This document shows positions 1-12,050 of a stretch of DNA of 64,000 nucleotides, in pieces. The DNA lies in the NCBI RefSeq assembly GCF_009834535.1, contig NC_045696.1, positions 33,172,001-33,236,000 of the forward strand, read 5' to 3'. The stretch comes from Camelus ferus (lineage: Eukaryota). Under the pieces are notes generated by a model. It saw only the letters and a list, made by a program, of their open reading frames with translations, was not told where the DNA came from and made no database searches. How positions within the stretch are numbered: position 1 is the first letter of the stretch; each line of letters begins with the position of its first letter. The position numbers and the translations under genes are program-made.

Positions 1-187
1 TGAGTAGTGAACACTTATTAGGAATTCTTTAAGAATAGAAAGATATGTGAGGGGCAAGCCAAAAAGGAGTAATATCATGTGCTAAAAATACAGAGGTATA
101 AAAAGCAGTAGTGTGGTCAAGAAGACCTAGACGTGTCCAGAGTAAGTGTGCATGTGACACAGAGACAACAGATAACCTCGTGAAGTG

Positions 188-651
188 GTGCTGCCCAACA
201 GCAGGAAATGGAATGCAGGCCACATGTGTAATCTAGAAGCCATATTAAAAAAATAAAAAGAAATGGTAAAATCAATTTTACTGATACATTTTATTCACCT
301 AATGTTTCCAAGAGATTATCATTTTGACATGGAATTAGTACAAAATTATTAATGGAATGTTTTGCATTAACAAATCATTAAAGTTGGAATATTATCTATA
401 CTTACAACACATCTCATTGCAGACAGGTCACAGGGGTAGATTATTTATCAGTGGTAGAGTGCATGCTTAGCATGCACGAGTTCCTGGGTTCAATCTCCAG
501 TACCTCCATCAAAAAGTAAATAAATAAAAGTAAGTAAACCTGAATACCCACCCCAAAACAAACAAAAAACAAGCGAAAAAAATGCAGAGGAGTCACGTCT
601 CAGTGCTTATCAGACACATGGTGTGAGTGATTACCTTATTGGACAGTGTAC
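188..651. mobile_element. MER33-like hAT-Charlie non-autonomous DNA transposon, split by a SINE insertion
   Basis: Resembles MER33/MER3 throughout (gtgctgcccaacag...gccacatgtgtaat...cttacaacacatctca...acacatggtgtgagtgattaccttattggacagtg). The termini ctgcccaa/ttggacag are imperfect inverted repeats. Confidence 0.75.
433..582 (+). mobile_element. Camelid tRNA-Ala-derived SINE (Vic-1 type)
   Basis: cagtggtagagtgcatgcttagcatgcacgagttcctgggttcaatctccagtacctcc matches a tRNA-Ala(AGC) body with a B box (ggttcaatc), followed by an A-rich tail. Degenerate TSD tgcagacaggtcac / tgcagaggagtcac. Confidence 0.9.
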
Positions 652-1099
652 CTCTAAAATTAGGTTGAATGGTGCATGACATGGTTCTTGAGTGATGTAG
701 AGATTGATTTTAAAAGAAAATACATTCTCAGCATTCTCAGGAGTCTCCCACTGTGGATAAGTCCTTTTTATTTTTGTTTAATTTTATATTTATTTTAATA
801 ACTTAAGTATGTGCAAGCATGAGTCTAGTGATGTTTCTCAAGTTTATAGCTCTTACACATTATAAGACCCATGCAGATGTACACTCTTATAAAACCACTT
901 TAATGCTAATAATCAACAGAAATTTCCTAAGATGAATAATATAATTTGTTTAATCAATGCTTCAAATATGAATAAAAACCTAGCTTCTCTGAGTATGTTC
1001 TTTTAAGTTCAACCTGTCACATACCAATTTAAACTACTGCAGAACGTTTGCTAGTGTACTACACAGTGATATTTGTTATTTCAAGGCAAGGATCGATCC

Positions 1100-1414
1100 T
1101 TTTTTTTTTTTTTTTTAGATCTCATATATAAATGAGATCATACAAGATTTCTGTCTGACTTACTTCACTTAGCAGAATGCCCTCAAGATCTATCCCATGT
1201 TGTCACAAATGGCAAAATTTTATTCTTTTATATGCCTGACTATAGTATTCCATTGTATATATGTACTACATTTTCTTTATCCATTCATCCATCAACGCAC
1301 ACATAGGTTTCCATATTTTGTTTCCACATCTTGGCTATTGTAAATAATGCTGCAATGAATATGGGGGTTCATATATATCTTTTTGAGTTAGTGTTTAATT
1401 TCCTTCAGATAAAT
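1100..1414 (-). mobile_element. Short L1 fragment (ORF2 C-terminal end)
   Basis: A T-run followed by typical antisense L1 3' sequence (acttcacttagcagaatgccctcaag...ttctttatccattcatccatc...ttggctattgtaaataatgctgcaatgaa). Confidence 0.9.
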
Positions 1415-2966
1415 GGATCTTTTCCGTATTGAGTCATTCCTTTATTTGTTAATCTGCAAATTAAAATAGTTCAGAGTGGTGTCAGTGTGATTTTAGAACA
1501 AACTCAAGCAATGAATTCCTTTGTTAGTTCTTGGATGTAGGGCAGGTCATTCAAATATTCCAGATATACTGAGTGTTTTACATGCTGTCAAAATGAAAAC
1601 AGTATTTTTAAATATGATAGAGAACCTGTGAATTCTCTGTGACTTAGTTTACAGATGGTCCTGTTTGAGGAATGTTGCTGTTGCCACAGTGTACTATTTC
1701 TGTGATATCTAAAAGGTTAGCAGGTAATCATTTAAAATCACTGGGGATTTACAAGGTCAGCTTCAGCTTTAAAAAGAGAAGTGCCTGTGAGTATAGGTAG
1801 ATGCTGTACATGTGTATATAAGAAGGAGGATTCTAAACTCATGAGATTTTTGGTGGAGGAACATAATTTAAATATCCTTATTCTCTGTAAGAAAGTAAAC
1901 ACAGTTAAAACATTGTTATTCAAACCATATTTTGATATCTTTTTTGTAATTGCCTTAGGAATGACTTAGACTTGTATAAGCAAATCAACTCCATTACTTT
2001 ATAATCCTCAAACTTGTATTACTAAATTATCTTCAGAAATGGAACTGCTCCACCACTGGGCACGTTCAGCAGAGCAGTGAAGCTCGAATAGGTCCTAGGC
2101 CTGCCTACGTACGGTACCCCTCTGAGGAAACAGTATTTGCAATATTCACTTGAATATACGTGACCAGGAGCACTTGTAATTTCGTATGCTAACATAGTAT
2201 GGTAGCCATAATCTGACTTTTCTTCACTTCTGCTTTTGTACATAATAACTTGGAGAGCTCTTTTTTCAAATATCAGAATTTCACTTAGAATTTTAAAAGT
2301 CTGTTATCAACTCTACCCTCTCTAAAAGTAATCAGCTGATTATATACATACAAAATTTGTCTACAAAAAAGATGCCTGGAAATCTATTTATTAGTAGTTC
2401 TTATGTTGACTTCATTTGCTAAATATTTGAGCTAAGAGTAAGTTGACATATTCTTTTTGTGCATGTACATGTGAGCATGAATTTAATTAGATGTATATCC
2501 ATTAGGAAATAATTATTAAACTTCCTTTGTTTTTAGAAGTTATTTAGAAACTTACATATTGCTATTAAATAATATGACATTGAAAAATCACAGTCTCTAT
2601 GATAAAATGCTAAATATTACAAAAATCATCATTCTCTGAAGATCATACTGATTATACATTCAACTAAAACAATGTTCTCAACCATCTGTTTTTAAAAAGC
2701 CACACCCAGTTGAGGAAAAAAAAAAGATTACGAAGAGTTCAATGTACCAAATAAATCAACAGCAGATCCATGTGTGCTTTATGGACTTTTAATTCCTTAG
2801 TATATTAATTTGTGTTTTATGAAAAAAGGGACAGATGCCCAAGTAAGTCTATAAAATCATGGGTTAAACCCAGTTAAATAGGTTACTTTACTACTGAATT
2901 TTTCCATGTCTATCGCATAATGATTTGCTTTGTGACTTTCTGGTAGGAGGCCGTGTTGCACATAGA

Positions 2967-3612
2967 TGTAACCGGTGTTCCGGGTTCTCGTCCCGTCACA
3001 GAAAGAATTCAGAGACAAGACGTAGTGGTTAAAAAAAGTAAAGTGAGGATTTATTAAAGGATGGATAGTACACTCTCAGGGGAGAGCAGGCAGGCTCAGG
3101 AGAGCGGCTGCCCTGAGTTTCTTTGCCAAGTTAGCTACAGAGGGTGTAAAAATGAATGGGCGGAATATTCACTGGGGAGGGAAGGGTTTGGGGTCATATT
3201 CCCTGATTATCATCCCAACTCCACCTTCCCAAAGGGAGGAGGGATTTTTGTCCTTATTTAGTCTGGATCGGAAGTGTCATGGTGTCAGTGCGTGATGGGT
3301 ACTTCTGATCTGCAAGGCTAATTTTATTGAAATGAGGGCATAATAACAAAAAGGTTACATTCGGACACTGGAAATTCCTGCCTTTCCTCACCTTTCTTTG
3401 TTCTTCTTCAGGCCACTTAATCAACCCAAAAAGTATGATCCCTTATCAGCCCAAAAGTTCCTGCCTTTCTTTCTCTGCCCAGGGACCCCTGGTACTTACA
3501 TGATGTATGGTTTCCTGCATTTGGCTTGTGCCCCTCCTTTCTGCCCAATTTCTGCCATTTGATCTGTGTCCCTCTTTCTCTGCTCATATCTCGCTGTCTG
3601 TCTGCTCTAACA
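2967..3612 (-). mobile_element. Solo LTR of an endogenous retrovirus (probably ERV1-class, lineage-specific)
   Basis: ~645 bp block that is more GC-rich and keeps CpGs, bounded by tgtaacc...ctaaca. AATAAA on the minus strand at 3050-3055, about 85 bp from the end. Internal repeat ttcctgcctttc occurs twice. No adjacent internal proviral sequence. Confidence 0.8.
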
Positions 3613-4180
3613 GCTGTATGTGCAGTTATACAAAAGTTTCTGATTAAGCTACAACTGTTTCTACAGGACCTCATATCTAGATCAGTAACTAAAAATAAGA
3701 AAATGTCTGATTTATTTTTAAGTTATAGTATTTCAGTCAGATGCTGGTAGGGGTATTTACTACATAGGTAGGAGACTTCCTTCAGTGTTTCTATACATTG
3801 TTGTGTTCCCACCAATGACAGACACATGCATTAGATTAAAATGGATTACACTGAAATATTTATATTTGGTTTTATAAATCATTGTAAAAATTCGTGTTGC
3901 AACTATTGTTAAATAATGACCTAAAATAAGTAAAACGTTCTCAGCAAAATATCTAGTCTTAATGATAAAATTAGTCTATTTTTCATTGAGAAAATTAATG
4001 CTTTGGACTTTAAATGATTGGTTTTAATAGGTAAATAGAACTTTTTATAATAACTGGGATTATTTTATTACATAGTTTAACAAATGGGTTTATATTGTTC
4101 TTTAGGTTTTTCTAAACCACCTACTTTTTTGTCCTTTAATGCATTTCAGAAAATTTGTCTTGAGTCTGATAGAACTGGAC

Positions 4181-6150
4181 CATTCATTCATTCATTCAAA
4201 AAATATTTATTGAAAAATGTATTATTTCCAGGCATAGTCTAGAAGCTGAGTATAGAATGATACATTAAAAAATTCTTAATATTATGAAAAGCATTTTTTG
4301 GCATATTATAGTAAATAAGGAAATATACAAATAAATCTAGTATTCCTCATGGTGATATGTGCTTTGGAGAAAGATAAAGCAGAGAAAGGGACTGGAAATT
4401 GCCAAGATGAGGGATAGGTTTACAGTGTTAAATAAAATTCCCAAGGAAGTTGTCAATCAGAAGGTAGAATTTGAACAAAGTGCTGGAATGGATAAGAAAG
4501 CAAGCATCTGTGTGTCTATGTAGCAGAAGAATATTCCAGGTAGAAGAAAAAGAAAGCACAAAAGCAGTCAGGAGGGAATCTGTCTAGTGTGTTCAATAAG
4601 TAGCAGGGCATGAACTGAATGAGTGGGAGGACAGAAGGTGACGAGGTCAGAAAAGTAATAAAAAGAAAAACAGATCATGTGTAGGACCCTCTAGGTCATT
4701 GTAAGAGCCTTCAGTTTTACTTGGAAGTGAAATGGGAAGTGATTGGAGGGTTTGGGGCAGAGAAATAATATCATCTCACTTACTTTTAAAGAACCCTCTG
4801 AAGTGTGTTGAGAATAGGCAATAGGGGAGAAAAGAGGAGCAGAAAGATGAATTGGAAGCAGTTGCAGTAATCCAGATAAATAACAGCAACAGTGTGAATG
4901 AGCGTGTTCATGGTGGGGATAGTGTGAAATAGTGAACAGTTTCTGAGTATGCCTGAAAATAAAAAGAACAGTATTTTCTGACAGATTGGCTGTGGGAGGT
5001 GACCACAAGGTTAGCTTAATCACTTCACAAGCATGAAAGAGGAGAATGTGGAAGAGCAAGTGTGAGAAGACAATGGGACTTCTAAGTGCAGATATTGAAT
5101 TGGTAATTGAGAGTCATCAGCATGGAAATAAGTCTTAAGTCAATGGGACTGAATGAGAGTACCAAGGAAATGAGTGAAGACAGAGCAAAGATCAAGGACT
5201 AATCCCTAAGGGCCCTTCAAATTGGCAGGACAAGAGAATGGAGAAGGGTATCAAGAAGGGTGCTGGGAAGACGTAGCCAGTAAGGTAGGATGAAACTAGG
5301 AGAATTATCTGAAAGCAAAGTCAAGGGTATGTCAAGATATGCCAAGTCAGATGAGAAATGAGAATTCACTATTGGTAGCGGACTTTGATAAGAGTAATCT
5401 TGGGTAAAGTGTTAGTGATAACAGGCTGAATGCAGTGAGTTCAAGAGAAACTTGAAGGCAGGCAATAGAGAAGTAGTCAGGGAAGGAAACACTGAAATGC
5501 TTGCTGTAAAAGTAGTCCAGGGACATCAGGTATTGTCAGCAGAGGATATGGAGCCAAGAAATTTGTATTTTGATTTGTTTTTTGAAGTTGGGAGAAATTA
5601 CTATTGATATGGTATTGGAAATTCCGTAGAGATTAATAAATCATGATGTAGCAGAAAGAGAAACACTGAAGCTGTTACCTTGTGTAGATGAGAAAGAATA
5701 AAATGCAATGCATTCGAGGAAGATTGATTTTAGAACGTAAGTCATCCATAGTAAACAAAGGGAAGGAACATGGGGAAGGTAGTTTGGTTACCTGTGGAAA
5801 TACCTTTCTGATTGCTCCTTTTTTCTTATTCAAATAGAAGGCAAGGCTATCAGCTAGGAGGGAGGACTGGGGAGATAGAGATAAGGTTTGAGGAGAAAAA
5901 GGAAAAAAAAATAGCTTTCTGGGAGCAATGGGTGTTAACTGAATTTACGGAAATTCTTTTTGATTTCTTGGCATCACTAAAGAGCACGCTTGGTATTAGT
6001 GATTATGAACTTAAAAGTGAGATGAGTCACCATGATTGGCTGCCTCTGTCTAGCCATGTTCAGCTATAAGGGTACAAGTGTGGAATAAGCAAGAAGTTGT
6101 ATTTAACTAGGGGTGAGATTTTGACAAAATAATATGCGAGGAACAGAGAG
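4181..6150 (-). mobile_element. L2 LINE, long degenerate copy
   Basis: Starts with the antisense L2 3' signature cattcattcattcattcaaaaaatatttattga...ccaggcatagtctagaagctg, followed by ~2 kb of purine-rich L2-like sequence. The 5' limit is approximate. Confidence 0.8.
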
Positions 6151-6229
6151 TTAAAGGTTGGTGTCCTCAGGTATAAAAGTTAATCATTTAGTGATCATTT
6201 ATTCTAATATTATTTTAAAAGTAGTATTG

Positions 6230-8990
6230 GTGGTTAAAAAGGAACAATGCAAAGGTCTGTAAGGCAGAATAAACAAATTCACATTAAAACTCACTCCAAT
6301 TCCATGTCCCAGAGGTAGCCGCTATAAATAGTTTCGTGTCTATCCTCCTAGACGTTTTCTATGAATACATAAACAGGTAGTTTTTTTTTTTTTTTTTTTC
6401 AAGCCACATACTGCTTTAGACTGTTCATATGGTTGTGGTACTTTTTCACCCAACAATATATCACCGACACACTTCGATGATGGTTCTTAGAGATCTATCT
6501 CATTCCACAAATACAAATATGTCACTGTATGGCTAAGCCATAATTTATTTAAATAATCACTTTTTGATTTAAGTTGTTTACAGCTTTTGCTATTATGGAT
6601 AATGCAAAATGAACATCCATAGAAGTTTATTATTGCTTGAATTATTCCTTTAATGTAGATTACTAGAGAAAAGATTGCTTAGGGAAAGAGTATGCACTGT
6701 TTCACAGTTTTTACTAAGTAGAAGCCACAAGGAACAGCAATTTATCCCTCTTCTATGTTCTTATCAATACTAGGTATGAAAAATGGTAATTCATTTTTAA
6801 GTATATACAAAGTTGTGAAGAGTTTGAGCCTTACTTTTTATTATATTATTATAAAATAGTTTATTGAGATGATAGTTCTTTTTCTCTTAAAGATTTTAAG
6901 TATAAAATTCTATATTCTTTGAGTAATTTGACTTAGTGATGATTTGCTAATACTTAATTTGTTTCGATTATTCTTTAGAATTTTTACACATTTTTAATTG
7001 AGTCACTATGATGCTTCTCCTATGTTCTTGTGTAGTCTTGTGTCAAGGTTACAGTCTCTTGGTGTATGTCTCTTTTTTTCCTTTAATGCCAAATTATTTG
7101 AATAAGACAAATATCTGTTTCTAAAAGACTTTAAGATACTTTCATATAAAATGGCTGGACCTAGATAAATTTGAAATGTATTTTTTAAATGTGGGTTAGG
7201 AAGGTGGAAGAATGGTTTGATTTTCTTAATGGCATGTGACTGTTGAGATTTTCAGTTACTTTATGAGTTAAGTAGTGGAAAATTAGGTTTTGTACAACAA
7301 ATCATCAATTACTGCTATTTTAAAGATTATTTGTACTTGGTTTTTCCAATCCTTATTTTGTTTTTCTTTACAAACTATTTGGGGTTTTTTGCCCATTTTC
7401 GTGCTTGACCATCCTCTCCAGAGACTTTCTATGTATTATTTAGTTGCATTTCACAGGTTCTGCATATGTGAGAATTTCATGGTTGAGTTCTGGGTATGTT
7501 TTATTTACAATTTGAAGTCTATTTTCACTAATGGGTAAATTTTAAGGGTGTTTTATAGATTCCCAATGATAATGCTTGGTAATTACTATTTCATTATTTA
7601 TTTTTAAATTATTCTGTGGCAGCATAATGTGGCCTGTTTGCTAACAGTTCTTTGAAATTTGTTGAGATTTGCTTTTTGATGGCCAATTTTTATTAGCTTT
7701 GATACTTGAAGTTTATTTAGCAAAAAGTAAGTTAATTTCTCTAAAACTAACTCAAAAATACAAGGATATCATAATGCCATTACTGAAAACATTTCCTTCT
7801 CTCTTACATGTTACTTTTGTCTAGCATTTTAATTCTATATACTTTTTATAATCTAAATATTAGTTGGTATAATTATCCTTATTTTATACAGTCAGTGCTT
7901 GCCTTATTTTTAACCAAATGCTTAATGATTTGTGTGACTAATAGTATTTCTCCTATTCCATTCTATCAAGAGAGAGACAATCACAAGACTTAGACCATCA
8001 GCTGTTTTCCAGCTGATGGAATTATTTCAATGTTTTAGCAACTATTATGGTGGTTTTGATGAATAGTAGCTGAATAATAGATCAGGATCCAGAAATAGTA
8101 AATATTATTTAGTTTCCATTAGAAACTCCATTTCAACCTCAGGTTTAAGAAGCACTTTACCAGAGTATAGCCTTTTAGATATATATATGGTTTCATTCAG
8201 CATGTTGAAGATGTTTTCCTTTGTCATCTTCTTTGAATGATGTGATTGAGAATTCAAGGGTGAGTCTGAGATTCCTTTGTAAATAAGCCACCTTTCTCTC
8301 TAGTGGCTTCAATACTATTTTCTGTTTTATTACTATGTAATTTCACTATGATATGACAAAGAACGTATGGTATGAACAAGGAATGTGTGTGTCCTCATGG
8401 AATTTCAATATTTTGCCTCACTTTCATACTTTCCTCTGAGAATTCAAGTGTTAAGGTTAGATTATCTCATTTTAACCTCAGTGTCTCTTCACTATGTCAT
8501 ATTTTCCATCTTTCTGTGCTGCAGTCTATTTAGTGCAATGACTCAGTTCTCCAATCTTCTCTTCAACTATTTATAATTTGTAGAAATTAGAAATTATGAG
8601 TTTATTATTTTAATTTCATTGTCTATACATTTTCACTTTTAATTGTTCTATTTGGGCCTGTCTCAAATCTACAGGTAGTTTTTCACCCTCCTACACATTC
8701 AGTTATTCTTTTACGACTGTAATAATATTAAATATACCTGTTTAACTTTCTATTTCAGATTACTGAAATCTTACGTAGACTATGCTACTCTGTAACTGAC
8801 CTGTTTCTGCCTCATAGTGGATTTTTTTAACTAGTGTGTTTTAGCATATTTTGTGTGTGAGCTGAGTTTTTAGAGGACTTTTTGACTTTTTATTTGGTGG
8901 TTTTGTTTTCCTGTGAGTATCCCTGGACTAGATTATAACATCCCTTCAGAGTGGTTTTGCAAGTGTTTCCCATAATATTTCCAAATGTAT
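6230..8990 (-). mobile_element. Patchwork of ancient L1M (L1ME/MD-like) fragments
   Basis: T-rich antisense L1-like motifs (ttttcacccaacaatatatc, ttttgctattatggataatgc, tttgaaatttgttgagatttgcttttt, gagtctgagattcctttgtaaataag). Highly decayed; boundaries approximate. Confidence 0.55.
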
Positions 8991-8997
8991 CACCTAC

Positions 8998-9414
8998 TGT
9001 ATTAGTCACAGTTCTCCAGAGAAATAGAACTAATAAGATGTGTGTATATACAGAGAGTTTTATTTTAAGGAATTGGCCTGTGCCATTGTGGAGGCTGGCA
9101 AGACCAAAATATGCAGGGTAGGCCAGCAGGCTAGAAACTCCAGCAAGAGTTGCAGTTCAAGACCTAAGGCAATCTCCTGGCATTTTCCCTTCTTCTTGGA
9201 GGTATGTCAGTCTTTTCCTAGAGGTCTTCAATTGATTACATGAGACCCACTCACATTATGGAGGGCAATCTGCTTTACTCAGAATCTATTGATTTAAATT
9301 TTAGCCCCACTCAAAAAATACCTTCACAGAAACATCTGTGAAATCTGATTAAATATTTGGGTACCAAGATATTTGGGTGCCTTGTCAAGTTGACATATGA
9401 AATTAGCCATCACA
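8998..9414 (-). mobile_element. MLT2B-like ERVL solo LTR
   Basis: tgtattagtcacagttctccagagaaatagaac...aaggaattggc...attgtggaggctggcaag...cccactcacattatggagggcaatctgctttactca...gtcaagttgacatatgaaattagccatcaca; TG...CA termini. Confidence 0.85.
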
Positions 9415-9785
9415 CTTGACTAGAATAGACTTTTACATTGATTTCTTAGCTTGAGAATTTCCAGTCAATGCAGATGATTAAAAAGTTTTATCCCTCTATC
9501 TGTTCAGAGGCATTAAGAGTCACAGGTCTTCAAATTTCCAACAAAAAGAAATAGGGTTCCTTGGTACCTCCCTCCTGCTCTGGGCATATTTGCTTTTTAA
9601 TCCAGCCATTCACTGACTTGGAAGTTCTTCAAGTGTTGGCTACATCTCTAATTTTTGACCTTTCACAGACTTATGATCTATTTCTCTGTTCTTGTGAAGT
9701 TAAAAACTAATCTAGTTTACTTAGATCAACATACGATTCCCTGGGTAATGACAATATCTGCTTATATTCTTACCGTTTTACTTTT

Positions 9786-9873
9786 CTGCTTCCTTTCTCT
9801 CTCTTCTTCCCATGTCCTCCTTCCCTTTCCTGCTTCCTTTCTCTCTCTTCTTCCCATGTCCTCCTTCCCTTTC
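9786..9873. repeat. Perfect 44-bp tandem duplication (polypyrimidine)
   Basis: ctgcttcctttctctctcttcttcccatgtcctccttccctttc occurs identically at 9786-9829 and 9830-9873. Confidence 0.95.
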
Positions 9874-10190
9874 CCCATTTCTTCATCTTCCTTAGGAACT
9901 AAGGTATAATTCCATAATAATGTTATCTTCAATTTCCAGATGGTTTTATTGGGCAAGATTTGTGTCAAACGATTCAAATGGAGAATTCAGAAAAGCACCT
10001 TTTTTAATATACTTTTTTCTCTCTCTCAACTTCTATTCATCTTGTACTCCTTTTTATTGTTTTAAAAATTTTATTGTTTTTAAGAGATTTTGGCATATTA
10101 AGGACAGTACCTTTTACCTCTCACATTGTTTATATTTTATCCAATTTATATTTTTGTGTTTTAAAATTGTTTACATTTACCTAAGAATAT

Positions 10191-10284
10191 AGTCTAATAT
10201 TTATCAACTACATTTTTTCTATGTAGTTTCGGAATTCAGTCTAATATTTATCAACTACATTTTTTCTATGTAGCTTCTGAGTCC
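10191..10284. repeat. Tandem duplication with 47-bp period (36-bp identical core)
   Basis: agtctaatatttatcaactacattttttctatgtag at 10191-10226 and 10238-10273. Confidence 0.95.
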
Positions 10285-11864
10285 TCAGTTATGATTATAA
10301 AGGATTTCCCCAATTCTAAAATATACAACAACTAAAAATAAAATCACTTTTAATACTAGTTTTTTATGACTTTTAGTGTGTATTTAAATCCTTAAGCACA
10401 CAGAATTTAATTTAGCTTAAGGAGTATGTTTGATGTTCAGGTTTATTTTCTTACAAATAATTAGGCAGTTACCCCCCAAACTAATTTTAAGTAATCTGTC
10501 TTTTCCCCACTCACCATATTTATTTTACCAATGAAGGAGCTCAGCCCGAGTATAACTTACTTAATAGTATAGGTAATTTACAATTAAATTGGGACTTAAA
10601 TTGAAACCTCCATATAAAATTCAGTCCTCTTACTTCTTAACTCTTCTGTGATTTCTGTTAGCATAGTAAAAATTATTTTATTATCCATTCTTGAGATACC
10701 AAATAGTTTTTTTGCTAAGGGCATTCATCTTTCTTCTGTTAAGTACCAATACTGGTACAGAATGTATAAATGTGCATTTGTGTGTGTTTGTAAATTAACT
10801 CTCTCAATGAAAAATCTCATAAAATTAATAAAACAACACTTTATTGAGTAGCAACAGAATAATGGGCACAGTAAACAGTGAGTGCAGACTGTAATAAAGC
10901 AAATGACATTAAGATGTGATGTGAAACATAACAGAAAAGAATTAATTGGTGTTTGTTTATAACATGAACTTTAGGTAGAGAAGTAGCTTTTAAAAATTGG
11001 AGTTTATGGTAATTGGATGTGAAAATTCAACTAATTATATTACCATGCATACTCGAATATGAGTATACCTGATTTAAATATAGAGAAATTTGTTGCCTTA
11101 GTTTTTTTCTATTGATTGGTTATTTAAAGTTGTGGCAATACTTCTAAATAATGAATGCAGAAAACACTCAGATATATAAATGTTAATAAGAAGTTGTGCT
11201 CAGTGAATGAACATTGAATTAAGGCAGATGATATCTGCTGTGTGTATGCTGCCATGTCTATCTTCAGTCAGTCGATTAGCATGTATTTTAGTTATGTGTA
11301 AGGAATTATAAAACATTATGTTCTTAAATAATTTAATACTTGTTTGGGAACATAATATATTGATACCTGGAGAGTAGTAATACAAGTACATATTATGACT
11401 GAAATGTTTAAGAAACAAAATGAAGCTGCCGATGTTGAGAAAAGAGAGTAATGCAGTCAAAAAATGAAGTAAAATTGACATCTAGGTGATTTTTTGTGCC
11501 CTTTTAAAAATAACTTTATATCCACGTTGATGTGTGAATCAGGACAATGAATATGGTGCTCTAAACTAACTCAGTAAGGGATCTATATATAGTCAAACTT
11601 ACAAGGGTTATGGTCAACACATTTATTTGCTTGTCATTGTGACCAAAACCAACTACTGGCAGCATGGTTATTTCACTCACTTGAACATTCAGATTGCACA
11701 TACGCTTTGGTACGTTCACAGACAATGTAAAGTTGAGTTCAGCACTCTTGCCATGAACACTGGTACAATAACTACCTCATGGTGGAGTCTGGTAGAAGCT
11801 TCTTCCGTATATTTTATTTTAAATGTAGTGCTTTGCCAAAAAAGCATTGAGTTGAAGTGAAGGG

Positions 11865-12050
11865 GACTGAAGACCAGGTTTCAGTGCTAGGACATTAACT
11901 TCCCTGCTGGGTGATTTCTGGCATGCTACCTAAGTTCTCTGAGCCATAGCATCCTGAACTGTGATAGAAGGAAAATGACTGTCCACAATACCTACTTCTT
12001 GGGTTTTTATGAGAAACAGTTTAGAATTTGTGATAGTATTTACAAGTCTG
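11865..12050 (+). mobile_element. MIR SINE
   Basis: gaagaccaggtttcagtgctagg...gggtgatttctggcatgctacctaagttctctgagccatagcatcctgaactgtg...aatacctacttcttgggtttttatgag resembles the MIR core. Confidence 0.7.

Noticed and set aside
433..508. Apparent tRNA-Ala(AGC) gene (also 43675-43749 on the minus strand)
   Set aside because: Both have SINE tails and TSD-like flanks, and stem or anticodon-arm mutations. They are tRNA-derived SINEs, not tRNA genes.
2022..2243. Locally CpG-containing segment with a 73-aa minus ORF and a weak + strand acceptor
   Set aside because: No recognisable protein in any frame, stops occur early, and there is no convincing splice-site pair.
2660..2960. Possible old DNA-transposon fragment flanking the solo LTR
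   Set aside because: Only a vague hAT-like terminus; I could not assign a family or boundaries.
10191..10273. 36-bp direct repeats with an internal hairpin (CRISPR-like size)
   Set aside because: Only two copies, an 11-bp gap, no cas genes and a mammalian context. It is a local tandem duplication.
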